DNA of 62,234 nt, from the sequence record DRR723986_597, one strand, 5' to 3'. A program made the position numbers and the translations under genes. The notes beneath the pieces are model-generated. The model searched no databases and was not told the origin of the DNA. It saw only the letters and a list, made by a program, of their open reading frames with translations. Below are positions 18,585-27,977 of this stretch, in pieces (within the stretch, counting starts at the first letter, position 1; every line of letters starts with the position of its first letter).

Positions 18585-19775
18585 CTACACACCACTGACC
18601 ATTTTTCCAGGATTTAGAATGCCTTTCGGGTCGAACTGTTCCTTCAGGCGGCGAGACAGTGCCGCGAGCGGAGCAGGCTGCGGGTGAAACACCGGCACAT
18701 TGGACCGCTGGGACGCATCGGCCCGCACAAGTGTTGCGTGACCGCCGCCGACGGCATCGACCGCAGCCCTGATTTCCGCCTCATGCAGGCTGCCATCCAG
18801 ACACGACAGCCAGACAAGGCCACCGCTCCAGTCGTAATAGGCCTGAAGCTCGAACGTCTCCCTCAGGCTGGCAACCAGTTGCGGCCCCGCAGTCGGGGCA
18901 ACGGAAAGCCGCCAGACCGGGGTTTCACCACCGGCGTAGGGTTTGACATCCCGGATCGTCTGCCAGAGAGCGCCAGTTTCCGCCGCCTCCAGTCTCGACG
19001 GCGTGCCATAGGTGCCAAGCAACGCCTGCAGGGTCTTGAAGCGGTAATCCACCGAGGTCGAGAACCCCTCAAGACGCAATACGGTTGAGCTGCTGCCGCC
19101 ATTCACCCCCGCAGGCAGATGGGCCGCACCGGACACTTCCGCCGACGATCCCATGGCCTGGCACAATGCCTTGATGCCATCGTCGTCATCGAGCCCGGAA
19201 AGCACGAATGTTGCAGAGGTCTCCGGCTTGGGATTGACCTTCAGCGTCACGGTCGTTGCAACGGCAAGCGTGCCATATGCGCCGCACAGAGCCCGCGGCA
19301 GGTCATATCCGGTGACGTTCTTGACCACCTTGCCGCCGGAATTGAAGATCTCGCCGCGCCCGGACACCGCCTCCATGCCAAGCACGTGATCGCGAGCAGC
19401 CCCGGCTTTGATCCGGCGGGGTCCGGAAAGATTGGCTGCAAGCACGCCGCCGATTGTCCCCTGTGCCGGTGTGACGCCCAGGAGCGGGCCGAAGTCCATC
19501 GGCTCGAACGAAAGCTCCTGACCATTGTCGTCGACCAGCTTTTCCACTTCGGCAATTGGCGTACCGGCCTTTACGGTCAGCACCAGTTCCGCTGGTTCAT
19601 AGCTCTCAACCCCGGTCAAACCCGACAGGTCCAGCACGTGAGCGGCCTGCACAGGGCGTCCGAGCGTCCGCTTCGAGCCCTGACCGATGATTTCCAGCGG
19701 CTGGTCTTCGGCAGCGGCCCAGGCCACCGCTTTTTCCACGTCGCCGGTGTTTCGCGGTTTCATTGTCGCGTCCAT
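18585..19775 (-). CDS. glcE: Glycolate oxidase FAD-binding subunit
   Basis: YEPAELVLT..AGTP, SGPRR..AGAARDH.LG, GGKVVKNVTGYDL, DWSGGLVW, FDP.GILNPG. Confidence 0.93.
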   Translation of the reverse strand: MDATMKPRNTGDVEKAVAWAAAEDQPLEIIGQGSKRTLGRPVQAAHVLDLSGLTGVESYEPAELVLTVKAGTPIAEVEKLVDDNGQELSFEPMDFGPLLGVTPAQGTIGGVLAANLSGPRRIKAGAARDHVLGMEAVSGRGEIFNSGGKVVKNVTGYDLPRALCGAYGTLAVATTVTLKVNPKPETSATFVLSGLDDDDGIKALCQAMGSSAEVSGAAHLPAGVNGGSSSTVLRLEGFSTSVDYRFKTLQALLGTYGTPSRLEAAETGALWQTIRDVKPYAGGETPVWRLSVAPTAGPQLVASLRETFELQAYYDWSGGLVWLSCLDGSLHEAEIRAAVDAVGGGHATLVRADASQRSNVPVFHPQPAPLAALSRRLKEQFDPKGILNPGKMVSGV

Positions 19776-19785
19776 GCCCCTACCC

Positions 19786-21282
19786 TCAGAACCGCGGAAT
19801 ATCTGGAAAGGGCAACTGGCCCTTGTGTACATGCATCTTGCCAAGCTCGGCGCAGCGGTGCAGCACCGGAAAAACCTTGCCCGGATTGAGAAGATGCTTC
19901 TGGTCGAAAGCGCATTTGACCCGTTGCTGCTGCTTCAGGTCCGCTTCGGAGAACATGTCTGTCATCAGATCGCGTTTTTCGATGCCGACACCGTGCTCGC
20001 CGGTCAGAACGCCGCCAACCTCAACGCAAAGCCGAAGAATATCGGCTCCAAAGGCCTCCGCCGCATCGAGTTCACCCGGCTTGTTGGCGTCGTAAAGGAT
20101 GAGCGGGTGCAGGTTGCCATCACCGGCGTGAAAGACATTGGCAACGCCCAACCCGTGTTTTTCGGCCAGCTCCCGCATGCGGGCCAGCACCTTCGGCAGT
20201 TCGCGGCGCGGGATGGTGCCGTCCATGCACAGGTAATCCGGGGAAATGCGGCCGACCGCCGGGAACGCGGCCTTGCGGCCGGCCCAGAAGGTCATGCGCT
20301 CTTCCTCGCTTTCGGAAATGCGCACGTGGCTGGCCTGGTTGGCCCTGGCGATTTCCTCGACACGGCCGATCAGGTAATCGACCTCGCGCTCCGGCCCATC
20401 CAGTTCCACGATCAGCAAGGCCTCGACATCACGCGGATAACCTGCGTTGACGAAATCCTCCGCCGCGTGGATGGCGGGCTTGTCCATCATCTCCATTCCG
20501 CCTGGAATGATGCCGGCGGCGATAATATCGGCCACACAACGCCCCCCGTCCTCGCTGGTCGGAAAGCCGATCAGGAGCGCCCGCGCCGTTTCAGGCTTTT
20601 GCAGGATCCGCACGGTGACTTCGGTGACGACGCCGAGCAGGCCTTCCGAACCGGTCATCAACGCCAGCAGGTCATATCCCTCGCTGTCCAGATGCTTGCC
20701 GCCGAGGCGAATGACCTCGCCTGTGACAAGCACCATTTCAAGGCCGAGAACGTTGTTGGTGGTCAGGCCGTATTTCAGGCAGTGCACACCACCGGAGTTC
20801 TCCGCGATGTTGCCACCGATGGAACAGGCGATTTGCGACGAGGGATCCGGTGCGTAGTAGAAGCCCTCGTGCTCGACCGCACGTGTAATGCCCAGATTGG
20901 TGACACCCGGCTGAACGACCACGGCCCGGTTGTCATAGTCGATATCGAGCACGCGGTTGAACTTCATCATCGACAGCAGAACGCCGTCTTCCAGAGGCAG
21001 CGCGCCGCCGGAAAGCGAGGTGCCCGCCCCGCGTGGCACGACTTTCACGTCATTGTCATGACAGTATTTCAGAACCTTCGATACCTGCTCGACCGTTTCC
21101 GGCAGGACGACGATCAGTGGCAGCTGGCGATAAGCCGTCAGCGCATCGGTCTCATAGGCGCGCATCTCGCGTTCGTCATGGATTACCCCTTCTCCGGGCA
21201 CAATCGCCTGAAGCGCGCTCAGGATTTCCTGGCGGCGGGCCAATACGGCCTGATCTGGCGCGGGCATCGCAATGGCGGTCAC
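19786..21282 (-). CDS. glcD: Glycolate oxidase subunit D
   Basis: PRGAGTSLSGG, APDPSSQIACSIGGN, GGVHCLKYG, FHAGDGNLHP, GEHGVG.EK. Confidence 0.95.
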   Translation of the reverse strand: MTAIAMPAPDQAVLARRQEILSALQAIVPGEGVIHDEREMRAYETDALTAYRQLPLIVVLPETVEQVSKVLKYCHDNDVKVVPRGAGTSLSGGALPLEDGVLLSMMKFNRVLDIDYDNRAVVVQPGVTNLGITRAVEHEGFYYAPDPSSQIACSIGGNIAENSGGVHCLKYGLTTNNVLGLEMVLVTGEVIRLGGKHLDSEGYDLLALMTGSEGLLGVVTEVTVRILQKPETARALLIGFPTSEDGGRCVADIIAAGIIPGGMEMMDKPAIHAAEDFVNAGYPRDVEALLIVELDGPEREVDYLIGRVEEIARANQASHVRISESEEERMTFWAGRKAAFPAVGRISPDYLCMDGTIPRRELPKVLARMRELAEKHGLGVANVFHAGDGNLHPLILYDANKPGELDAAEAFGADILRLCVEVGGVLTGEHGVGIEKRDLMTDMFSEADLKQQQRVKCAFDQKHLLNPGKVFPVLHRCAELGKMHVHKGQLPFPDIPRF

Positions 21283-21437
21283 GAAATGAGCTCCTTCTAC
21301 TTTTTAATACGTTGATCCAGTTGAATTGGTCCTACGTAACATGAGATGGCAGTGAATTACCCTTGCTTAAGTGTGGCAAGGTTCGCGCCCGAGGAAAACG
21401 ACCGGCAAATACTAATTGTCTTTCTGAGAGATTGAAA

Positions 21438-22382
21438 ATGAGCAATCTGACCGACATGGAGATTTTCGCAAGGGTGGTAAGCGCCGGCAGCATGTCGGCA
21501 GCCGGCCGCGAAATGAGCCTGTCGCCCGCAGTCGTCTCCAAACGCATCCGGCGTCTGGAAGAAAAACTCGGTACCAGACTGCTGCAACGGACCACTCGCC
21601 AGATCGCCATGACCGAGGCCGGACAGGGCTTTTACGAGCGCGTTGTGGCCATTCTTGCCTCCGTGGAAGAAGCCGAATCATTTGTCTCGCGCGGCTCGGC
21701 AAAGGCACGCGGCAACCTGAAGGTGGCCGTTCCGACGTCCTTCGGCCGGCTTCACATTGCTCCGCACCTTGGCAAGTTCCTGGCTGAAAACACCGACCTT
21801 TCGGTCAATCTCGATCTTTCCGACGATTTTGTCGACATCGTCGGTGACGGCTACGACCTTGCCATCCGCATTGCGGAGCTCTCCGATTCCAGCCTCGTCG
21901 CGCGGCGCCTGGCACCGGTCCACCGCGTCCTGTGCGCAAGCCCGACCTATCTCGAAAAATACGGCACTCCGCAAAGCATCGAGGATCTTGTCGCAAACCA
22001 TGTGACCATTGCCGCAACCAACCAGGACCCTTGGCGGCTCGCCGGTCCGGACGGGATCGAGACCGTCCGCACGCAGGCGCCGGTCAAGACGAACTCCAAC
22101 GAGGTCGTGCGCGAATGCCTGCTGGCCGGTGTCGGCGTTGCGCTTCGATCGACCTGGGACGTCGGTCCGGAGTTGCGTGAAGGCAAACTGCAAATTCTTC
22201 TGCCCGAGTACCGGGCCTCGAAGGATGTCGGGCTTTATGCCGTTTACCCCAGCCGTCAGTTTCTGCCGGCCAAGGTGCGTGTCTTTATCGACTTCCTTGC
22301 CGGGCTCTATGGCTCATCCCCCTATTGGGACCATGGGCTTGAGGACTGGTTACGCCTGCCGAGCAACGCCCGCGCGGGCTGA
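21438..22382 (+). CDS. LysR-family regulator divergent from glcD
   Basis: N-terminal HTH with LL.RTTR; CrgA-like C-term PAKVRVFIDFL. Confidence 0.93.
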   Translation: MSNLTDMEIFARVVSAGSMSAAGREMSLSPAVVSKRIRRLEEKLGTRLLQRTTRQIAMTEAGQGFYERVVAILASVEEAESFVSRGSAKARGNLKVAVPTSFGRLHIAPHLGKFLAENTDLSVNLDLSDDFVDIVGDGYDLAIRIAELSDSSLVARRLAPVHRVLCASPTYLEKYGTPQSIEDLVANHVTIAATNQDPWRLAGPDGIETVRTQAPVKTNSNEVVRECLLAGVGVALRSTWDVGPELREGKLQILLPEYRASKDVGLYAVYPSRQFLPAKVRVFIDFLAGLYGSSPYWDHGLEDWLRLPSNARAG

Positions 22383-22439
22383 CATTCCACCCGGACGCCA
22401 AACGATCCCAGTCGGCGATCGCAGCTTGGCATGCGGGAT

Positions 22440-22454
22440 GCGACGGTCCGTCAC
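22440..22454. promoter_or_regulatory. Possible RegA/RegR/PrrA box upstream of cytochrome c
   Basis: GCGAC-N5-GTCAC resembles GCGNC-N5-GNCGC; short and GC-rich, so weak evidence. Confidence 0.3.
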
Positions 22455-22522
22455 TTGCATCAAGGCCTGACATCCTGTTCTGTTGACGGGGGTTTTAAAC
22501 ACCCAAACCGAGGGAGATATAC

Positions 22523-22918
22523 ATGCAGCGACTGCTGATGATCGCCGGAACCGCGCTTCTGGCCCTGACCGTTCAGGCAAGCGCCGAAGGCGACCCTGCC
22601 AAGGGTGAGAAAGTATTCAAGAAATGCGCCGCTTGCCATGCGGTTGGACCCGAAGCCAAAAACAAGGTCGGTCCGGAACTGAACGGCATTGTCGGCCGGG
22701 CATGGGGCGCGGTTGACGGCTACAAGTATTCCGCCAACCTGCTCGAATTGGCCGATGGCAAAGTGTGGGACGAGGAGACGCTTGACGTTTACCTGACCAA
22801 GCCGAAGGATCTGATTCCGAAAGGCAAGATGGCTTTTGCCGGCCTGAAGAAGGAAGACGACCGCGCCAACGTGATCGCCTATTTGAACCAGTACAACGAA
22901 GACGGTTCCAGCAAGTAA
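22523..22918 (+). CDS. Cytochrome c2 / c550 (class I)
   Basis: Signal peptide, GD..KGEKVFKKCAACH, GPELNG, KMAFAG. Confidence 0.95.
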   Translation: MQRLLMIAGTALLALTVQASAEGDPAKGEKVFKKCAACHAVGPEAKNKVGPELNGIVGRAWGAVDGYKYSANLLELADGKVWDEETLDVYLTKPKDLIPKGKMAFAGLKKEDDRANVIAYLNQYNEDGSSK

Positions 22919-23061
22919 GCACTGCTTGCGCGTCACATTGACGGCCGCCACCGGCTGCCAGACCAACCAATTGGCCCGTCGGGGAACCCTGGCGGTCCAA
23001 TTGATTTTTCAGCAACTGTTGGCAATCGTTTCCAAGGTGGCGTCTGACAATCGGCCCGTGC

Positions 23062-23517
23062 TCAGAAGATGCGTTGTTGCAGCTCTGCAGGATCGGCGAC
23101 ATCCACGTGCCAGTACTCTCGAGCCGCAAGGGGCAAGGCTTCAAGAACCCGGTCGAGATCCCGTTGATCGACATGCCGCCTCAGGGCCCATGCGGTTGCT
23201 TCAATGGCATTGTCCGGCGTGAGGTTATGGTGCTTTCGAACCTGCTGCGCCTCCCTGGACATTACTTCTCTGCTTGAGAATGGCACAGGCTTTCGGGTCA
23301 CGTCCCATTCCCTAATGAAGATCGCGCAAAGAACAGAAGGCAGAGCGCCGGCGAAAGCCAAACCTTGTTCAACCGTGAGCCGCCGCCTGAATACCTGAAA
23401 GACTGCATCGACCGCCGTGTAGGTGGAATTGTCGGATACAAGATCCATTCGCTGCTTTGCGTCCGACAAAAAGGAGCCGAAGTCTCTGGAAGCGTATCGA
23501 TAAGTCCATGGGATCAT
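23062..23517 (-). CDS. DUF2267-like hypothetical protein
   Basis: V..VFRRRL......FA..LP....AIF...W and C-term VL..LP..A..YW. Confidence 0.7.
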   Translation of the reverse strand: MIPWTYRYASRDFGSFLSDAKQRMDLVSDNSTYTAVDAVFQVFRRRLTVEQGLAFAGALPSVLCAIFIREWDVTRKPVPFSSREVMSREAQQVRKHHNLTPDNAIEATAWALRRHVDQRDLDRVLEALPLAAREYWHVDVADPAELQQRIF

Positions 23518-23569
23518 TGTGTTGGGTCCTGAGAAAGTCTTTTCAGGGGATAGCAAGCGTCCACTGGTC

Positions 23570-24928
23570 TTACGTCCTGCCGGCAGGCCTGAGCCAGAAA
23601 GACGTCAATACCGGCCCCGCTGCAAGCAAGATCAGTAGCGGGAAGGCCAGTGCACCGTTCTGTGTTGTTCCACCCTGTTCGATCACCAGCACCATGGCAG
23701 TCGCTCCCAAGGCGCCGCCAACGCGTTGCATCACATTAACCAGCGTTGCGGCATCTCCGGTTTCCGTTTCCTGCACCACGGTGAACGCCGCTGTCATCGC
23801 AGGCATTTGAGCCAATGCTAGACCGATACCTCGCAGGCACAACAAGGCCGCAATCGGAGTTGCTGCCCATATCGGCCAGACGCCGAAAGGCAACGTGCCA
23901 AGCAACAGGAGCACGGCCCCCGAACCGGAGACCTCGGCAGGTCTGTATCGGTCCGTCAGGTATCCGGCGAACGGCAGTGCAATCGCGGCTCCGAGCCCCA
24001 TCACCAGCAACATCCCGCCTGTTTCGATATCTCCAAAGTTCAGCTCTAACTGCAGATAGATTGGAAACAGCAGGAGTCCGGAATACATTGCAGCTCCCGT
24101 AAGGCCTGCCGTGGCGGCGGCTCCGGCAAAACCGGGACGACTGAACAGTGCAAGATTGATGAGAGGCGCGTCCACATGGCGAAAGTGCCGTAGTGCCCAG
24201 TTCAGAAATGCGCCGCCAAGAAAAACGCTGACCAGTGCCTGCCAATTGATATTGGCGGTGCTGATTTCGGCAAGCCCGAACAGCACCAGCGGAAAACCCA
24301 CGGCACACAGAAGCAACCCCTTGGCGTCCAGCCTGCTTGACGGCTTTCCATCACCAGCCGGGACAAGATATCTACCGGCGACAATTGCCACGGCCCCGAT
24401 CGGTACGTTCATCCAGAACAAACCGCGCCACGAAACCGTTTCGATCAGAACACCGCCCACCCCAGGCCCAAGGGCTGGTCCCAAGGCCACCGCAAATCCG
24501 ACGGTCCCCATCAGACGGCCCAATTGCCGGCGCTTTGAAACACTTGCCAGCACCGCTTGGCCTGAAGGCACCATTATCCCGGCGGCAAGCCCTTGCAGTC
24601 CGCGCGCGAGGCTCAGCATCAAAGACGTTTCGGAAAGTGCGCACAACGCAGATGCCGCAACAAATCCTGTCATGCTCATTTGCCAAACGCGGCCGTGCCC
24701 AAACCGCCTGCACAGCCAACCCGTCATCGGCATCGAAACGGCCAGAGCGATCAGATAGCCGGTCACCACCCACTGCACGTCCCCCAAAGACGTTCTGAAA
24801 TTTTCCTGGAGCGGGAGAAGCGCAAGGTTTGCCACGGAGGTATCGAGCATGGCCATGAAAGCTCCAGCCCCGGTCACAGTTGCAACGGCCCAAAGTCTCG
24901 GTGGTATGCGCGATATTTCGGGTTTCAT
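23570..24928 (-). CDS. MFS drug:H+ antiporter (DHA2/EmrB-like)
   Basis: LDTSVANLAL, WVVTGYL.A, GP.LGPGVGG.L, SWR.LFW.N.PIG. Confidence 0.9.
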   Translation of the reverse strand: MKPEISRIPPRLWAVATVTGAGAFMAMLDTSVANLALLPLQENFRTSLGDVQWVVTGYLIALAVSMPMTGWLCRRFGHGRVWQMSMTGFVAASALCALSETSLMLSLARGLQGLAAGIMVPSGQAVLASVSKRRQLGRLMGTVGFAVALGPALGPGVGGVLIETVSWRGLFWMNVPIGAVAIVAGRYLVPAGDGKPSSRLDAKGLLLCAVGFPLVLFGLAEISTANINWQALVSVFLGGAFLNWALRHFRHVDAPLINLALFSRPGFAGAAATAGLTGAAMYSGLLLFPIYLQLELNFGDIETGGMLLVMGLGAAIALPFAGYLTDRYRPAEVSGSGAVLLLLGTLPFGVWPIWAATPIAALLCLRGIGLALAQMPAMTAAFTVVQETETGDAATLVNVMQRVGGALGATAMVLVIEQGGTTQNGALAFPLLILLAAGPVLTSFWLRPAGRT

Positions 24929-24951
24929 GACGATAACAATGGACCCTTCCG

Positions 24952-24985
24952 AATTTTTTATGGTACACTTGTATCATAAAAAATT
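24952..24985. promoter_or_regulatory. Probable TetR operator
   Basis: AATTTTTTATGGTACA-CT-TGTATCATAAAAAATT, 16-bp arms with one mismatch, between divergent MFS and TetR. Confidence 0.8.
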
Positions 24986-25008
24986 TCATCGCTCCAGAGA
25001 CAGAGCCC

Positions 25009-25617
25009 ATGCCGCGAACCGTTGACCATGACGAACGCAAATCGATGATCTTGACGGCCTTTGTCGAAGTTGCTCTGGCGAAAGGACTGCATGCCGTCTC
25101 GCTTCGCGATGTCGCGTCAGCCGCAGGCGTTTCCTTGCGGCTGGTGCAGTATTATTTCGAAACCAAATCCGGCTTGATGCAGGCTGGGCTCAGCTTTCTG
25201 GAGGCCCAAAGCAATATGCGCTGGACTGCGCGGCTCGACGGCCACTCGGACCAGACTTCGCCACGCGCGGCGTTGCTGACACTGTTTGAAGAAGCGATGC
25301 CAACAGACCGGAAAAGCCGTGAATTCCATCTTCTATGGATGTCTTACACAGTCCTTGCGCTGACCAGTGACGAAATTTCCGGTCGTGCGTTCATCGACAG
25401 TCCGAACAAGCTGAAGGGGCGCATTTCAGAAATAGTGAAACAGGGGATTGGAACCGGTGACTTTCGTTCCGAATTGGATGCAGAAGCCGAAGCGGCAATC
25501 CTTATCGGGCTGATACATGGCTTGGGAACAGCTGTCCTGATTGGCCAACAGTCCGGGGAAACAGCCTTGTCCCACTTGTCACACTATCTCGATCGGCTCG
25601 CACCAAATGGGAGATAG
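25009..25617 (+). CDS. TetR/BetI-family regulator
   Basis: MPR.VDH.ER, SLRDVA..AGVS...VQYYF.TK. Confidence 0.92.
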   Translation: MPRTVDHDERKSMILTAFVEVALAKGLHAVSLRDVASAAGVSLRLVQYYFETKSGLMQAGLSFLEAQSNMRWTARLDGHSDQTSPRAALLTLFEEAMPTDRKSREFHLLWMSYTVLALTSDEISGRAFIDSPNKLKGRISEIVKQGIGTGDFRSELDAEAEAAILIGLIHGLGTAVLIGQQSGETALSHLSHYLDRLAPNGR

Positions 25618-25697
25618 TCCAGGGAAACGGTCCTCGCCTCGAAATTAATCGGGTCGATCTTTCCGCACCAGCTTCCTGGTACATTGTCTTGACGGTT

Positions 25698-27029
25698 TCA
25701 GTGCTCACCGTGTTGCTGACGGATGCGCTTGACGGTCCACCAGATCACCAGCACGACCAGTGGCACGGATATGCCGGTCATCAGGTTGGAGTCAGGCAGA
25801 GGCAAGCCGGTTTCCTTGGCGGCTTTCGCCAGATAGGAAATCAGGCCGACAACGTAGTAGCTCACCGCGGCAACGGACAGGCCTTCGACGGTCTGCTGCA
25901 GGCGGAGTTGCAGATGGGCACGCCGGTTCATGGATTCCAGCAGCGAACGGTTCTGCTCTTCCAGTTCGACGTCGACCCGCGTGCGCAGGAGCGTGGTTGC
26001 CCGCGCCAGTTTGCGCGAGAGCATCGCCTGACGGTCTTCGATCGCCTGGCAGGTGCGCATGGCCGGGGCAAGCCGGCGGACGAGGAAGGACGCCATTGAA
26101 AGTTCGCCGGGGGCAGCCTCTTCACGCAAGGTTTCCAGCCGTGCCCGGACGATCTGGTCATATGCGCGGCTCGCGCCGAACCGAAACGTGCTGGCGGTTG
26201 CCCCCGCTTCCAGCGCGGCGGCAAGGCCGCTCAGTTTGTCCAGAAGCTCCTGGTTGGCGCCGAGCGCGGAGGTCTCCTGCATCTGGCCGGTCAGTTCCGC
26301 AAGCTCGATCTCGAAACGCCTGATATCCGGCTGAAGTCTGGTTGCCTCGAACAGGCCCAGCATGGCCAGCGTTCGATAGGTCTCAACCTCGAGAAGCCGC
26401 TGGACAACGGCGCCGGACTGAACGTCGCTCAAGGTCCGGTTGCAGACCAGGAGCCGTGTAAGACCATCGCCATCCTGCCGGAAGTCGGTCGCGACCATGG
26501 CAGCGCCGTCTTCAAGGTTGGAAACCGTCAGGCTGGCTTCATCGAACTGGCTTCGCCATTCCTTGCCTTCATCACCGCCGCGCAATTCCAACCGGACGGC
26601 GACCAGCAGATCGCCGGGCGCCCGAAACGCAGCGCCAAAGGGGTGCTTGATCGGCACCTGCCCGAAAATCGTTTGTTCGTGGGCGCCACCATCCCAGGTG
26701 TAGGTGGTGAATTCCGCGTGCTGTTCCCAGCTCAAGGTGCCGCCGCCGAAATTGACGGTGTGATGACGGGCTCCGGGCGCAGGACCGTGGCCACCGCGGG
26801 AAATGCAGAACTCTGACAGCCAGGCATGATCTCTGGCGGCTTCCTCAGCATCTGTCAGGAAAGCGTAGTGGAGCACCGTCCGCGGACAGGGCAGCGGACG
26901 AAACGGCCGCGCATGAACCTCCCCCAACACCTTTTCCCGCAAGGGAGATGTGCGAAAGGCAGGAAAGGTGGACCCGTTTTCTGATCCCTGATCCAAGGAG
27001 TAACCCCGACTTTGGAAATGTTCTGTCAA
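25698..27029 (-). CDS. DUF3422-family membrane protein
   Basis: EVHARPF, WEQHAEFTTYT, VQRLLEVETYR.LA.LG, FGASRAY, QLRLQQTVEGLSVAA.SYY; two C-terminal TM helices. Confidence 0.88.
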   Translation of the reverse strand: MTEHFQSRGYSLDQGSENGSTFPAFRTSPLREKVLGEVHARPFRPLPCPRTVLHYAFLTDAEEAARDHAWLSEFCISRGGHGPAPGARHHTVNFGGGTLSWEQHAEFTTYTWDGGAHEQTIFGQVPIKHPFGAAFRAPGDLLVAVRLELRGGDEGKEWRSQFDEASLTVSNLEDGAAMVATDFRQDGDGLTRLLVCNRTLSDVQSGAVVQRLLEVETYRTLAMLGLFEATRLQPDIRRFEIELAELTGQMQETSALGANQELLDKLSGLAAALEAGATASTFRFGASRAYDQIVRARLETLREEAAPGELSMASFLVRRLAPAMRTCQAIEDRQAMLSRKLARATTLLRTRVDVELEEQNRSLLESMNRRAHLQLRLQQTVEGLSVAAVSYYVVGLISYLAKAAKETGLPLPDSNLMTGISVPLVVLVIWWTVKRIRQQHGEH

Positions 27030-27120
27030 TTCTACATTCCGCTAAGGCACCGCCGAAACCAATCCGCATTTTTGCCGCAGCAGACAATTGGGTTTCCGGA
27101 GAGACATTTCAGCAACAAAT

Positions 27121-27145
27121 AATTGGACAAAAAAATTGACCAATT
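27121..27145. promoter_or_regulatory. FadR/LldR/GlcC-type operator
   Basis: AATTGGACAA-AAAAA-TTGACCAATT palindrome, one mismatch. Confidence 0.7.
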
Positions 27146-27192
27146 TTGAAAGCGGCGCTATTTTCCGCGCCAACAATTGGAACGGGAGCGGC

Positions 27193-27960
27193 ATGTTTCA
27201 GCCGGTCGATCATCAGAAAACGGCAAATGCCGTGGTGGAGCAGATCGAAGATCTGATCCTGAAGGGCGTGCTGCAGTCCGGCGACAGGCTGCCAGCCGAG
27301 CGCGACCTTGCCGACCAGATGAATGTCTCCCGTCCCGTGCTTCGCGATGCCTTGAAGACGCTTGAGGACCGCGAGCTGATTTCGTCGCGCCGGGGTGGCG
27401 GCACCTATGTTGCCGAGCTGATCGGCCCGATCTTTTCGGAAGCAGTGGTCCAGCTGATTGCCCGGCACCCGGGCGCGGTAAACGACTATTTCGAATTCCG
27501 GCGGGGCATCGAGAGCCAGGCGGCAGCCCTTGCAGCCGCACGGGCCGCCCCATCCGACCTTGCCCGGCTGCAGGACATTGTCCGCCAGATGCAGGAAGCG
27601 CATGACAGCGAGGACCTGCCTGCCGAAAGCCGGCTGGACGTTGCCTTTCATCACGCGGTTGGCGAAGCGGCCCACAATGTGGTGATGCTGCACACTCTCA
27701 GGTCCTGTTACCGGCTTCTGGAAAACGGCGTCTTCTACAATCGCGGGCGCCTTTACCACCACCCGTCGGCACGGATCGAGCTGCTGCAGCAGCACAAGGC
27801 CATTGCCGACGCCATTCAGACCGGGGATGCCGACCGCGCGAGGCAGGCCTCGGAAAACCATATCGACTATGTGCGCGGCACCCTTGCCGAAACGAAGGAT
27901 CTGGACCGGCGCGAGCAGCTGGCCGGCCTGAGACGGACCCGAAAACCGGCTCGCGCGTGA
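27193..27960 (+). CDS. GntR/FadR-family regulator (LldR/GlcC-like)
   Basis: GDRLPAERDLA....VSRP.LR.AL; FCD motif D.AFH......AHN. Confidence 0.92.
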   Translation: MFQPVDHQKTANAVVEQIEDLILKGVLQSGDRLPAERDLADQMNVSRPVLRDALKTLEDRELISSRRGGGTYVAELIGPIFSEAVVQLIARHPGAVNDYFEFRRGIESQAAALAAARAAPSDLARLQDIVRQMQEAHDSEDLPAESRLDVAFHHAVGEAAHNVVMLHTLRSCYRLLENGVFYNRGRLYHHPSARIELLQQHKAIADAIQTGDADRARQASENHIDYVRGTLAETKDLDRREQLAGLRRTRKPARA

Positions 27961-27977
27961 GCCTCAGGAGGAATTCG

